Assembly: GCF_009914755.1 (NCBI RefSeq)
Contig: NC_060932.1
DNA length: 64,000 nt
Source of the DNA: the human T2T-CHM13v2.0 reference genome, Homo sapiens
Direction: 5' to 3' (one strand)
The first letter of the stretch is position 1. Every line of letters starts with the position of its first letter. This document shows positions 1-39,597 of this stretch, one piece after another. The translations under genes were made by a program, and so were the position numbers. The notes under the pieces were generated by a model. It searched no databases. It saw nothing but the letters and a program-made list of their open reading frames with translations, and was not told where the DNA came from.

Positions 1-1028
1 AATTGAATTCAAATTAGTTCAGAAGTACATGTTGACTCTTGTAGTTTCTAAAGATTATCAGTTTTTCTCCCTTAGGTGTTTCAAGGCAATTATAGTTAAT
101 ATAATCAATAGTTCATATAATCATTTAAGGCTAAGATCATAAAGTTTAGCATGTAAAAAGGTTTTTAAATTCCTGGCAGGATGTATTACTATGCACATGT
201 AATTTTATTGAGGAATCCTTGGGTAGATTTTGATAGTATACACTTGTAGAAATCTATTTCTTTTCTTGCCTGAGACTTAACTACTTAACTACTCTTCTAT
301 TTAGAGCACCCAATTCTACTTAAAAGAGAAGGATAAAATATCCTGTTTATTAAAAGAAGTTTATAATATGGCTACAAAGTGAGACCTGATATTTAAACCC
401 AGACTATTCTGGATTTTATAAATGCTAAAGTGTACGTGACACTCTTAAGTCCCTAACAGTTTGTCGGAGAGGGAGTTAATTGAGGCTTAATATAATCAAA
501 GGAGGCTTCATAGCAGATACATATCTTTTAGGACTGGAAAATTTCAGATGGTTAAATCAGGCATTCTCTAATTATTTTGATACGAAGGGTTCGCTTCTTT
601 TGTAAGCTCAGATTGATTTAGATAATTCAAATGTATCCAGAAATGTGTTAAAGAGCTTTGACATCACCCCACCTTGAAAATATTTATATATTTATATTTC
701 CCTAACAAGGGGATAGGGTTTTCGTTTGTTTGTTTGTTTGTTTTACTATTTATTTATTGCAGTCTACTATGTAATTTCTACTTTCTCCTCTATATTAGGT
801 ATGTTGCACTTCCCAACTTTGGTGTTACACATTTGCTTTAGAATTAACATGAAAGTTAGACCATCAACTCTTCTGCAAGTTGAACTTGATTTTATCATTT
901 TCATAATTTTAAAAAGGGAATTAAAATGGTGTAAAAATGAGTGAAAATGTTAGTTTCATCCTCTTTTCCTATAAGGAAATATAATCCTAGAATTTAAGTT
1001 GTGAATAACTTCTTTTGATCTGTCACAG

Positions 1029-1203
1029 ATATGGTGGAATCCCAAATTTCAGTCATCGGCAGGTCAGGTATTTAGAGAAGAATGTGAAGCTTAAGTCTAA
1101 GTACCTAGACATGCGCAGACAAATAAAGATGAAAAACAAACACATCTTCTTTACCAAAGAGTCAGAAAAACCATTTTTCAAGAAAAGCAAAATTCTGAGT
1201 AAG
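1029..1203 (+). CDS. TGS1: TGS1 internal coding exon (YGGIPNFSHRQVRYLEK...SKILSK)
   Basis: Acceptor tgtcacag at 1028, donor AAG|gtatgt at 1204; 175 nt ending in phase 0, in frame with the next exon; peptide fits recalled human TGS1 and joins the methyltransferase exons downstream. Confidence 0.92.
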
Positions 1204-1458
1204 GTATGTATAAATTTTGTTGCATATTTGTAGATAGAATCATGTTTTGTAAGTTTGACCTCTTAAAATTGTTGTATTCAAATAGGAAGCTTGTTTCTAC
1301 CAGGTATCAAGGTACATAATTTTTTTTTTTTTTACTTGCTTCTTGAAGGCATATATTATGTAAACTAAATCTGAAAAAAGGCAAGTTGAGGTAGGGTGAA
1401 AAGGAAGTGTTTGAAAGCTACAAAGTACTAGTGTCTGAGATTATTTAAAAAACGCAGC

Positions 1459-2095
<637 letters not shown>

Positions 2096-2118
2096 TCATC
2101 TGTTTTAGGCTAGGTAGG

Positions 2119-2494
2119 TGTATTAGTCTGTTTTCGGGCTGCTAATAAAGACATACCCAAGACTGGATAATTTTTGAAGGAAAGAGGTTTAATTGACTCA
2201 CAGTTCTGCAGGGCTGGGGAGGCCTCAGAAAACTTAAAATTATGGTGGAAAGGGAAGCAAACAACTCCTTCTTCACATGGCAGCTAGAGAGAGAAATGAG
2301 TGCCCAGCAAAGGGGGAAGCACCTTATAAAACCATCAGATCTCATAAGAACTAACTCACCATCACAAGAAGAGAGTGGGAGAAACTGCCCCCATGATTCA
2401 ACTATCTTTACCTGATTCCTCCCACAACACGTGGGGATTATGGGAACTATGATTCAAGATAAGATTTGGGTGGGGACACAGCCAAACCATACCA
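2119..2494 (-). mobile_element. Solo MaLR LTR (THE1/MST family)
   Basis: TGTATTAGTC...GGGGACACAGCCAAACCATACCA termini; perfect 5-bp TSD GTAGG at 2114-2118 and 2495-2499. Confidence 0.9.
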
Positions 2495-3964
2495 GTAGGA
2501 TCCTAATAGTCCAAATTCTGATACAGCTTTATATTATAAGCTTTAATTCTGAGTTCTTCCAGAAGTGATCAGTCACAGTTTACACCTTGTAACAAGTTCA
2601 CCCTGATAGCATGAAACACAGGCCAATTTATTGATTCACATTATTACCTGAAATATTCATATATTGGACTTTGCTATACCTGCCATCCAAGTACCTGGGA
2701 AACAAAAGTAGTTAGAAAATTGCTTGGTGTGATGAATTACCTTTCTATATTCTAAGGGGTAAAAAACACTTTCTAATGAGCAGAACCTTCATGTCAATCA
2801 CATCTCCAGCAGCTCTTCAGGACAGTAGACCATAATCTTAGACTCCATGATGTCTCTGTCTCTGTTGTTCGTTTTTTAAGGCTAGTCAGATGACTCTTTT
2901 TCCCCTCAATACAGTGTCCTCCCTAACTTCAGCATACTTGTAAAATATGCTACATATATATAGCTGGTTTTATTTTGTATTACATTTCAGGTTGGTTGGC
3001 TGCTGGTGATGTTTTAATAAATATGTTCGTGGTGCTAGTTATATCTGAAACAGACTGCCTAGTATTAGTCCAGTCAGTGCCATAGGACTTTCCGTAATGT
3101 GTTGGATATAATAGCCCCTATGCATTCATCTATAGATGAGTGCAGAAACAGCTACTAAGCATTGCTGAGGAAAAAAGATATGTAACTGTTGTGTCTAACT
3201 TAGATACCTAATTTATTTATAGGCACATTTCTTTAGAGGAAGATTCTGGGTTGTTGCCCATCATGTCTACCACTTCATTCTAATTTACTCACTCTCAGGA
3301 AGGTCATGAAGACAAGATAGGAAGAATATTCTTGTTACAGAAGATGCAAAGAAGTATATGATCTGATGCTGAGCCTTGTTTACATTCCAAAGAACAAACA
3401 TTTGCTGGGACATATCTTACTGGCTCTACTGTTGCATTAAAAGGCAACTTTGATTTTTTTCCAAGGTAGACTGCTTCTATTCTTACAGAAGAATTGGCCC
3501 TAAATCTTTTTAGGGTTCGTCTTTGATGCTAAGTAACATTTACATAGATTGTAGCTTGACCATTGCAGAAAGGTCTATATAATTTGAAAAACTAAAATTA
3601 ATGATTCAGTAGTAAGTAGGTACATTTGTAATGTAGCTGTAGCACAGTTAAATTGTTAAGAACCCTTATGGAAAAGCCACTGGGACAGTTTGGCTTTATC
3701 CTCTTAGTATTTATTGATAGCAGGAAGTATTTAATCTGATATTTTTTTCCTTTTAAAGAAAACTTTTAATAAGGTCATGGCATGCCCAGATAGCATTCTG
3801 ATTAGGTCAGAATTACTTACTATTAAGCTTGTGTGATGCAGTCTGCTTTTCAGAGCCAATAATTTTGACACAGCTTTTCAGTCAAGTCACAAATTGTAAT
3901 AGGTAGGAAGATTCTGTGTAGTTTGGAATTAATTCCTGCTCATGATGTCATCTTAAAATTTAAG

Positions 3965-4271
3965 GTAGAAAAATTCCTCACATGGGTTAATAAACCAATG
4001 GATGAAGAAGCATCACAGGAATCATCTTCTCATGACAATGTGCACGACGCTTCCACAAGTAGTGATTCAGAGGAACAAGACATGTCTGTTAAAAAAGGTG
4101 ATGACCTACTGGAGACTAATAATCCAGAACCTGAAAAGTGTCAGAGCGTATCTTCAGCTGGTGAACTTGAAACAGAAAACTATGAAAGAGACAGCTTGCT
4201 AGCAACTGTTCCAGATGAGCAGGATTGTGTTACTCAAGAAGTGCCAGACTCCCGCCAGGCAGAAACTGAAG
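3965..4271 (+). CDS. TGS1: TGS1 internal coding exon, acidic low-complexity region (VEKFLTWVNKPMDEEASQESSS...QAETE)
   Basis: Acceptor tttaag at 3964, donor G|gtaaca at 4272; 307 nt, phase 0 to 1; lies within ORF 3923-4300. Confidence 0.93.
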
Positions 4272-4635
4272 GTAACACTAAATATGCTTCAACTTGCTAA
4301 TGGATTTAGATAAAATTTTTTTTGTTAATATGTTTTTTCTTAGTTTTCACTTGTGAATCTTCTGTACCTAAGGAGTCACTGCTACTTATTTTTAAGTGAG
4401 AGAAGGCATATTAAGTGTACATGTTCTAACTGGCTATGACTTAGCACCCACAGCACTCCTCACTCTTGGCTGAGTGAACATGATCAAGTAGAAAAGGAAA
4501 GACTGTTGGGAGCATTGTGTCTGCAGACCACTGTCTGCAGTTCAACTTGGCCTCTGCTGGTACTCAGTTCCATGGGCTAAAGGTGACCATCCTTTGCCTT
4601 CTTCGTATGTGGTGTAGCTTTGGTTTACTTCTTCC

Positions 4636-4925
4636 TTTTTTTGTGTGAGACAGGGTCTCATTCTGTTGCCCAGGCTGGAGTGCAGTGGCACAATCACAGC
4701 TCACTACATCCTTGACCCCCAGGGTTCAAGCAGTCCTCCCACCTCAGCTTGAGTAGCTGGGACTACATGTGCATACCACCATGCCTGCTTAATTATTTAA
4801 TTTTTTTTGTAGAGACACAGGGTCTCACTATATTGCTGAGGCTGGTTGCCAAAGGCTCAAGCAGTCCTCCCACCTTTGCCTCCCAAAGTGCTGGGATTAC
4901 AGACATGAGCCACCATGCTCAGGCT
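4636..4925 (-). mobile_element. Old Alu (AluJ-like)
   Basis: Diverged antisense Alu dimer. Confidence 0.9.
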
Positions 4926-5359
4926 GGTTTCCTTTTGGTGTGTTTTTGTGTGTTTGTGTGTGTGTGGTTGATGATGGTCATGTGTTTTTGATGGCACGTT
5001 AATATAAAAAGTATTCAGAGCAGTTGGCTCTAATGAATAAACTGAGTAACATTTTCAATTTATGCACTTTTGTATTCGAATTTTTATAGCAAAAGTTCTT
5101 ATATAGTTTAATAATGGTATTATGAAACCATTATATTTATTGTGATCCTTCATCATATTTCTTTATTACTATGGAAAATAACTTATTTGAGTCTTGATTT
5201 TTTTTTTCTTAGTGCAAGTGTGGGTGTATGTGTATGTGTGATCTTTTTATCACATATTTCTTTACATTCTAAACAGCATACCTACAGTAGTTTACATTTA
5301 TTTTATTATCAATGTTATAATAACCGATGTTCATATGACATTTGTAGGTTTGTGAAATG

Positions 5360-5760
5360 CTTTTATGTGTCTTATTCTCATTTAATCTGTAAGGTAGCCA
5401 GGGAAGTAGGTGGAATTATTTTCCATTCTGTAAATACAGAAAGTAAAGCTGAGAGAAATTTAAAAATTAGCCCAAGTAAGTGGCATAGCTAGGACTCATT
5501 ACCAGCTTCTCCAATTGCTAAGTCCCATTTTCCTGCACTATCCCACTTCCATAAACACCAATTCTCATGATGCTGGTTATTTTTACCTGGGGTAGTACCA
5601 CCTTCACAAGGGCATTTGGAAGATGCTGGTTGTTAGAATGACATTTGGAATTCTGGCATTTAGTACTCAGTTACTTAATGTTAGGTCATGTACAGGATGG
5701 TCTTGCACAACAAAGAATTATTCCACCCACAATGTCATTATACCCCCTGTTGACAAATAA
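5360..5760. mobile_element. MIR fragment (~5360-5540) and MER20-like hAT fragment (~5570-5760)
   Basis: Degenerate MIR core; GCACAACAAAGAATTATTCCACCCACAATGTC resembles the MER20 end. Confidence 0.5.
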
Positions 5761-6287
5761 TCACCTTACTTTGCTATTGGTAACACTTGTTTGGGGATGG
5801 GGAGATCTGACCTTACTGAATCATGATGACACTTTTTACTATTTACAATGATCAGATGAACATATTAGGACATAGCCCTATCCTTGAGGACCATTTGAGT
5901 GTGTAATGGAGTCTTATTCTTTGTTAGCCATCACCTCTTGTTTTTATACTTAACTGTGAAAAAAGTCTCATCTTTCTATGTTGTTGCTTCTAATTTGCTG
6001 AAGACTGAAACCAAATAACCAAACTGATAAAAATTATTTAAGGAAAAAATCACTCTCTGAATGAATGAGATCCTTTTCCGTGGAATGGAGCTAGTGACCC
6101 TTGTTTCAGTTTCTCAGATGCCATGTGACTTCAATGTGGCTGACAGCTAGAGCCTAATCTAGTCCTTGATAGAAAGGAAATGTTTAGATTTCTATAATTC
6201 ACCACATAAAGCAGTGTCTTGGCTAACAGAAGTAATAACTTTTATGTCTATAGCAGTATTTCTACATATGTCCTGTCACTGCTGTGA

Positions 6288-6925
<638 letters not shown>

Positions 6926-6963
6926 CACTCATTCCTTTTATAGGAATTAATAATTGGAGTTTA

Positions 6964-7292
<329 letters not shown>

Positions 7293-7507
7293 TTACTTTC
7301 CCAAGCTTACAAAGCCAATAAGTAGCAAAATGCTGGTGGTGATTGAAGCCAGTGGCGTTTCCATCAGGCTCTCCTGTTTCTCTGGGCGTGTCATTATATA
7401 CATGTTCTGCTTGTAATTATTTGATGTGGCTTCATTTTTAGATAAACTCACCTGTGATACTAATTTTTTTCTTAGTGAGCATCTATATTCTTTGTATTTT
7501 ATTTTAG

Positions 7508-7657
7508 CTGAAGTGAAAAAGAAGAAGAACAAGAAGAAGAACAAAAAGGTGAATGGTCTGCCTCCTGAAATAGCTGCTGTTCCTGAGCTGGCAAAATACT
7601 GGGCCCAGAGGTACAGGCTCTTCTCCCGTTTTGATGATGGGATTAAGTTGGACAGAG
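7508..7657 (+). CDS. TGS1: TGS1 coding exon with Lys-rich NLS-like stretch (AEVKKKKNKKKNKK...KYWAQRYRLFSRFDDGIKLDR)
   Basis: Acceptor attttag at 7507, donor G|gtaaag at 7658; 150 nt, phase 1-1; KYWAQRYRLFSRFD is the Tgs1-family N-terminal extension of the MTase domain. Confidence 0.97.
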
Positions 7658-7684
7658 GTAAAGTATATATGTATTTTTTAGCTT

Positions 7685-8175
7685 TATTTTGAAACCACTT
7701 CAAACTTAAAAAGAAAGTTATAAGAATAATACAGGGAATGTTCATATCCCCTTTACCCAGATTCAGCTATTTTCAACATTTTGCCCCGTTTACGTTCTCA
7801 TTCTCTCTCCATATGTATGTGTGTGTATCTTTTTCTGATCAGTACTTAACACACATCATGCTCATACTTCTTAATACTTTAGTGTATATTTGCTAAGGAC
7901 AAGTATATTTTTGTTTAAAATAGTGAATTATCAACTTAACATTGTTCCAATATTTTAATCTACAGTTTATACTCTAATTTCATTAATTGTCCTAATCTTG
8001 TCCTTTATCACGTTTTTTTTTTCCTTCCAGTATAGGATCATGTATCATTGCGTTTATTTTTCAAGTTCTTTAGTTGCCTTTAATGTGGAATGTTTCCTTA
8101 GCCTTTTTTGTCTTTCATGACTGACATTTTTCAAAGGATCAATGGCCATTTATTTTATAGGATGCCCTTCAATTT
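7685..8175 (-). mobile_element. Ancient L1 (L1MC-like) 3' fragment
   Basis: Degenerate similarity to the L1MC 3' region, and to the fragment at 63330-63860. Confidence 0.45.
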
Positions 8176-8694
8176 GGGGGGGTGTGTGTGTGTGTGTGTG
8201 TATTTTTAAAATTTCAGACTTGGGTTTAATCTGTATTTGTAGCACGTTAGGATAGATAGCAAAAGCAATTGATAAATTATTAAACAGAAAACCTGATGAA
8301 GAAATATCTAGTGCAGAAGGATACAATTTAATGAATTAACTTCGCAAATTTTGAATTCTTTCTCCAGCTTTCCTGCTGTGATCTGCAACAGCTTACTTAA
8401 CTCAGTCTTGCAGACTGATGCTCGTTTTCATATTGGGGTTACCTAAATATTGGTTTTTATTAACTATCAAAATCAGAAGTTCTTGATCTATGATGGAATT
8501 TCAGGGGTTCTCTGACCCTTTTAAAACAATTTGCAAAATGCTGTGTATTGGAAAAAGTACGTAGGAATTTGTAAGGAGAAATAAGGCTGGAAAACACTTG
8601 CAATTCTATAAAAGTGTATATTCTTATTTTTCCAGTATTGAAGAGCCATTTAAAGTTTTGGTAAGGGGAGACAACAGGAAAATTAACGCACATT

Positions 8695-9545
<851 letters not shown>

Positions 9546-9921
9546 TCAACCTTAGGAGTGAAATAATTGGGAAACTCAGCGGAGTGTGGGGGAGCTAGCC
9601 AATTAGAGCAGCTAGTTCTCTATTTTCCACAGGAGTCAGTAGTTAAAGCCTCAAAGAGAAACATCAAAATTGTAAATTCAGTTATTGGAAAGATGGAGGT
9701 ATACAGTATTACAAAAGAATTAGGTTAAGAATTGAGGTCATCATTTCTGTGGAAATTGGGAATGGTACTGCTTTTTATAACAAGCTTTGAATTTTTTTCT
9801 TTAAAACTGGGTGATTTATAATTTTTTAAAAAGGGAAACTAAGCTTTTTAAAAGTATGTAAGATATAGTAATGTTTGCTATGTTTATGCTTGCCTTGGCT
9901 TCTTGAAATTGAACATGCTAA

Positions 9922-10092
<171 letters not shown>

Positions 10093-10275
10093 TAGCCATC
10101 AATGGAAGTGAACTATTTTATGTCCAGTTAATTCAGTAAATGTTTCCATTTTGCTACAGCCTATCTTACTGAGATTTAATATATAATTAATAATTTAATA
10201 TGAAATGATATAAAATAATAGCTAGCATATATTAAGCATATACTTTGTATTGCATACTGGTGTAAATGCTTCCTA

Positions 10276-11714
<1,439 letters not shown>

Positions 11715-11955
11715 TATGTATTAATTTATGTAATCAACAATCTTGTGAATTATGTCTTACTGTCTGTGTTTCACAGATAAACTGAGACATAAAGAGATGA
11801 AATAACTTGCCCAAGATTATACTGGCACACCTAATAACTTGAAGCCAAGGTCATAGTATTTTATAAAACCAAAAATACCAAAACAGGAGAGTATTGAACA
11901 GTGGACAGGGACTTTGGCACTCACTATCTTTATGACTTTGGACATCATTTAACCT

Positions 11956-14785
<2,830 letters not shown>

Positions 14786-15828
14786 AGCATTTCTTTTATG
14801 TGATAGATTGAATGCTTCCATTCTTATTAGGCCTAAAAACAAAGTCTGCCTCCAAAAGAAATACAGATGAAAATAGGATTAACTGAATCGATTTGATGTT
14901 GAAAGTCACTTTTTCTTTTGAATTTTTAGTATCATCAGCATATCTTTCCATCTGTCTCTGAACTATAAATGTAACAGACTGAGCAACTGAAAAGAATTTT
15001 TTCTCTTACAAATGTGAATGTTTATTTAGAACAGGAAAAACACCATTATAAATGTATGATTTTGCAATATGTTATAATTGGTGCTTATATTTATTGTTCA
15101 AGTGATTTAGCACATTATTTCTCAAAAATGTTAACAAATTTGGAAACTAGCATTTTCTGGAAAACAATTTCCATGACAACCACGCCGTAAGCGTAACGGT
15201 TACACTTAGCCCTTTCAAATGAAGAATACTGCCATTAACACAGTAGTGCACATGCAAGTATACTGAGTAGTTTACTGCAAAACATGGATAGGCTAAAATT
15301 AAATTATGTCTATGTTGCTAATTATAAAATTGGAATAAAGTAAATGAAAGTCCATTTGGTGAAAACATAATATCTGTTTCCTCTACCTAAAATGTCTCAT
15401 TAAACATTATCGGCAGGTGTTTTTACATTTCTTCTTCATCACTTGGCTACATAAGTTTGTAAAAATGTGTTTTATTTTGGTTTTCCTTAGAAGTTGTCGA
15501 ATTTCTGTTCATTTTGGGCATTGCTACATTTTGAAGAAGTTTGTCTTTTCCAAAACCTAGCATTACAGGCTGTCCATACAGTCAGTGACCTTTTCCTACT
15601 CAGGCTGTAGCACAGCACAATGGTGGCCACATATTTGGCACTCAGTAGATATTTTGTGGCAAGTATTGCCACTTGGTTAGGAAAAGCTGTAGAATGAGAC
15701 AAGAAAGCCAAGTCCTTCAGTCACATTTTCTTGGTACAACACAGTGAATCTTTCTAATTTAAATAAAAAATTTAAACTGAAGTCTGTATCTCGGGTATAT
15801 GTGGCCAAATGTCTCCTCCTCTTTATAA

Positions 15829-18181
<2,353 letters not shown>

Positions 18182-18965
18182 TGAAAAACTTCCATGAGTG
18201 TCTGTCTTAACTGTTACAAGTACGGTAAAAGATACAGGACATATCCTTACCAGAGAATGTGTTTATGAGAAGTCCCTGACTCACTGACTATTCTTAGAAA
18301 GCTGGAAGTATCTGGAAGTTAGATCCATGTCTATTACATCGTCTTCATTTCCATAGCTCCTGGCATACATAGACACAAATAGAGCACTCTAGGCTTTGAC
18401 TAGACATATTGAAAGGATGATTGAATGTGTTGTGCTTCAAATGCTGCATAGTTAAACTAGCCTTTTTTTATTTGTTTCAGCCTGGGCAACAAAGTGAGAC
18501 TGTCTCAAAAAAAATAGAGAGATTTGATGATATCTTCATTTCATGTTTTTGTTGATTTTTCTACAAACACTTACTACATATCTGCTTTGTGCCAGATACT
18601 CTTGAAAATCTTTTATCTTTCATATTCTGAATTTCACTGTAATGTTGCTAACTGGGTTTTTCCTTTCTCTCTTATTTGATACTATCAGAACTAGCCCTAG
18701 TATTCTGATGTTTTTTGTGTTTTTTATTCAGGAGATGCTATCTCCATTATTTCTTCAACTATGTTCTCATTGTCTTTTTTCCTTTCTCTGGGACATCTAT
18801 TATAAGAGAATGTTAGTCTTTCCTATCTATATTTTCTAGTGTTTGTCGCTTCCTTTTTCCTTCTACATTACCTCTATCAGGTTTTCCAACTCAGGCATTT
18901 CTATTCTATTATGAAGTCCAATTTATCTTTCTTCATTGTGTTGCCTGTGCTTTAGAGTTTTATAG

Positions 18966-29310
<10,345 letters not shown>

Positions 29311-29631
29311 AAACCGGATGTTTGGGAAGGATTTGTTCATTTTTTTCTTCCTTTGAGTTCTTTAGCTATGGCATTGGAGAGTTCAAGTCCTATACAACAG
29401 CATAGCACCATGAACTTTCCCATAATATCAAAAGGATCTGAAACAACAAGTATTCCCACCTCCAAATATTGCATCGATGCCTGGGAAGTAGCAGTGAACA
29501 TTTGAGATGCCTCATTATTCAAAGGACTTAAAAGCCAGAGTCTTCCTATTATTTGATAAAGCAGTACAAGTGAAAGACTTTTGAAATTATGCTTAGGTGT
29601 GTGTGTGACTTTCTTCTGTTCATCTTTTTAG

Positions 29632-29754
<123 letters not shown>

Positions 29755-29974
29755 CTATGCAGCAGTGCGAGGACAAAAGATCATGGAGTGGTCAAAATAT
29801 TCAGATGAGACATTTGGCATGTCTTCCTTTATTCACTGATATTTTCTACCCATGGTCTTATATCACCGTATGAAATGGAAACTTACAGGACTTAAATATC
29901 AGTGAAATATTTTGAGATCTTTGAATAATTCCTTTAGAGGAATTATACAAAATTAATATATATGAGTCCTTTGT

Positions 29975-31199
<1,225 letters not shown>

Positions 31200-31512
31200 T
31201 TTATGTAGCATTCTTAAAGTCACTAGGGAGATGGCAGGTGAAGTAAAGGCAGATTTCCAAAATCACTAATTTTTTTTAGTTTTTTGTCACTTAACCTTTC
31301 TTGCATATACTTCTTTCCACAGCTCATTTTCTTACTTGTATATTAATAAAGCTAACTCATCTTCCTGAATATACATGATTTTACATGAGAAGAGCAGGAA
31401 GCTTAGGCTTGGTTAGCTAAAACTAAGATATTGCTGCCCACTAATCACACAGGGATAAAACTAATAGACTGTTAAGATTGTCAGTACTCAATAGGATTTA
31501 AGAAGTGTTCTA

Positions 31513-33034
<1,522 letters not shown>

Positions 33035-33581
33035 ACTCCCATAGTTTTTAATTGATAACACACTTTGATTTTCTAAATAAGCAGTCATGACATCTACACA
33101 TGAGTTTTTCTCTTTGCTAAAATGTAAGCCTCTTAATTTTTATCCTTTTCCTGTTGCATTGGTTAGGATTGCCAGGAATATTGTAATAACAGCACTTGTT
33201 CCTTTTTATTTTGCAGTGAGAGGTTAGAAGCATTTCTATTAAATGTTATGTAGTTCACATCAAAATTAAGATATTGCCTCTCCTATTTTTTTTTTTATGT
33301 TAGGCTTCCTCAATCGGGTTCTACTTTCTTATTTAATGTAGGAAAGTCTAAGTTACTTTAAAATTTTCAAATTATTTAAACCTATTTGTGTTCCTTTAAA
33401 TCCGACTGTACATAATGTATTAAATAGTTCACTACTGGATTTCATTTGATACATTTGCTTTGTTTTGTTTTGTTTACGTTTGCTTTTGAGCACCTTGCCT
33501 GGTTTTGGCATCCAAGTTAAACTATTCTGGCAGAATGCTTTAGTAAGTCTTTCATTATTTTCTTCCCCTCCCCCCCCCCCC

Positions 33582-33707
33582 TTTTTTTTTTATAATTTTC
33601 ATTTCACAGGTACACGTGCAGGTTTGTTACATGGATATATTACCTGATGTTGAGATTTGGGCTTCTACTGATCCCATCACCCAAATAGTGAATATAGTGC
33701 TCAATAG
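33582..33707 (-). mobile_element. Older L1PA 3' end fragment
   Basis: Poly-T then GGTACACGTGCAGGTTTGTTACATGG...CCCATCACCCAAATAGTG. Confidence 0.75.
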
Positions 33708-33812
33708 AGTTCTGTGTCCTAAATAACATTGGCAATGTCTGTTCACTGAACTCTTGGTGGGACTGCATGAAGATTGGGCCTGGTAACTTTCTGAGCAACA
33801 TGTTTTGATTGC

Positions 33813-36800
<2,988 letters not shown>

Positions 36801-37183
36801 CTATGAAAATGTCAAGAAAATGTGTGGTATAATAAATGTGTGCTTTTTCATTAACACATTAAATAACATCTACTGGAGGGTCTACTAGTACTACAATTTC
36901 AGTGGTGGTATTACAGCAGCTAGAATATTACCCTAAAATATCTACCTTTCTGTCAGTGGCAAAGCAGAGATACTGCTAAAAGCTGCTTTTTTGTTTGATG
37001 TGTTGACATCCACGTTCACAGACAGCCTAAATTCTGTCCATGATCCTCTTAGTGGTTTGCAGTTTCCAGGTAAAGAGCCCCCTCTTAGAGAGGTCACTCT
37101 AACACAAAAGAATTAGACCAGAGGAGAAGCAGGGAGACCATATGCACCCTGAGGGGTGCTCAGCCAGCCCTGGGGAAGGAGGG

Positions 37184-37591
37184 GAGGGGCAGATTTGAGA
37201 GAGGTTCTGGAGGCAGAGCTCACAGGAGAGAGGCAGATTTGAGAGAGGTTCTGGAGGCAGAGCTCACAGGAGAGGGGCAGATTTGAGAGAAGTTCTGGAG
37301 GCAGAGCTCACAGGAGAGAGGCAGATTTGAGAGAGGTTCTGGAGGCAGAGCTCACAGGAGAGGGGCAGATTTGAGAGAGGTTCTGGAGGCCGAGCTCACT
37401 GGAGAGGGGCAGATTTGAGAGAGGTTCTGGAGGCAGAGCTCACAGGAGAGGGGCAGATTTGAGAGAGGTTCTGGAGGCAGAGCTCACAGGAGAGGGGCAG
37501 ATTTGAGAGAGGTTCTGGAGGCAGAGCTCACAGGAGAGGGGCAGATTTGAGAGAGGTTCTGGAGGCAGAGCTCACAGGAGAGGGGCAGATT
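37184..37591 (+). repeat. 44-bp minisatellite (VNTR), about 9.3 copies
   Basis: Unit GAGGGGCAGATTTGAGAGAGGTTCTGGAGGCAGAGCTCACAGGA; AGATT recurs at 37191, 37235 ... 37587 (period 44). Confidence 0.97.
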
Positions 37592-37771
37592 AGCATCAGC
37601 CCCATGGGCAATGCATTACTCTTCCCAACCCATTATCAGTTTCTTGAAACCTGGTAAAACAAAGCTATCTTTTCAGCAAGAGAAAATAGGTTGATTCTCA
37701 AGCTTTGAATGGGATAGGCATTCTGTAATTAAGTGAGGTGCCTAGTGAAAATACTAAAGAATATTAATGGA

Positions 37772-39205
<1,434 letters not shown>

Positions 39206-39597
39206 CTAGATTTCTGGAGAACAAAAAGCATGCTATTTTGCATTTTGAGGCTTTTGCTACTTTATAATTAAAGCTACAATGCTTAGGAATTTGGACTTCA
39301 TCCTTGGGTGATAGGGAACCACAGGACTTTAACCCAGAAAGTGAAATTACCAAATTTGCATTTTACAGCATGGAGGATGAAACACTAAATCCTCCTTAGA
39401 CCTAGGAATATGAAGATCAGTCTTTTCCTGTATTTAAAGTAAGAGTTTAGGAAGTTCTAAATTAAGGTTGCAACAATGCCCAATTTACTCCAGTCCCAAT
39501 TGAAATTAATTCATGATTTTTTTAATCCTTCAAATAATTGAGAATTATGTAACTGACATTTAAAATAGTAAATGTATATGCTAAAGGTTTTGTTAAA

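Noticed and set aside
338-346. ATATCCTGT, and similar GTATCCCT at ~17057, as further U12 donors
   Set aside because: Mismatch the RTATCCTT core, and I found no adjacent exon or partner signals for them.
7293-7745. 150-aa antisense ORF over a TGS1 exon
   Set aside because: Shadow of the low-complexity AAG/AAC-rich sense exon.
37184-37591. Repeat array as CRISPR
   Set aside because: Units are contiguous with no unique spacers, there are no cas genes and the context is primate; it is a minisatellite.
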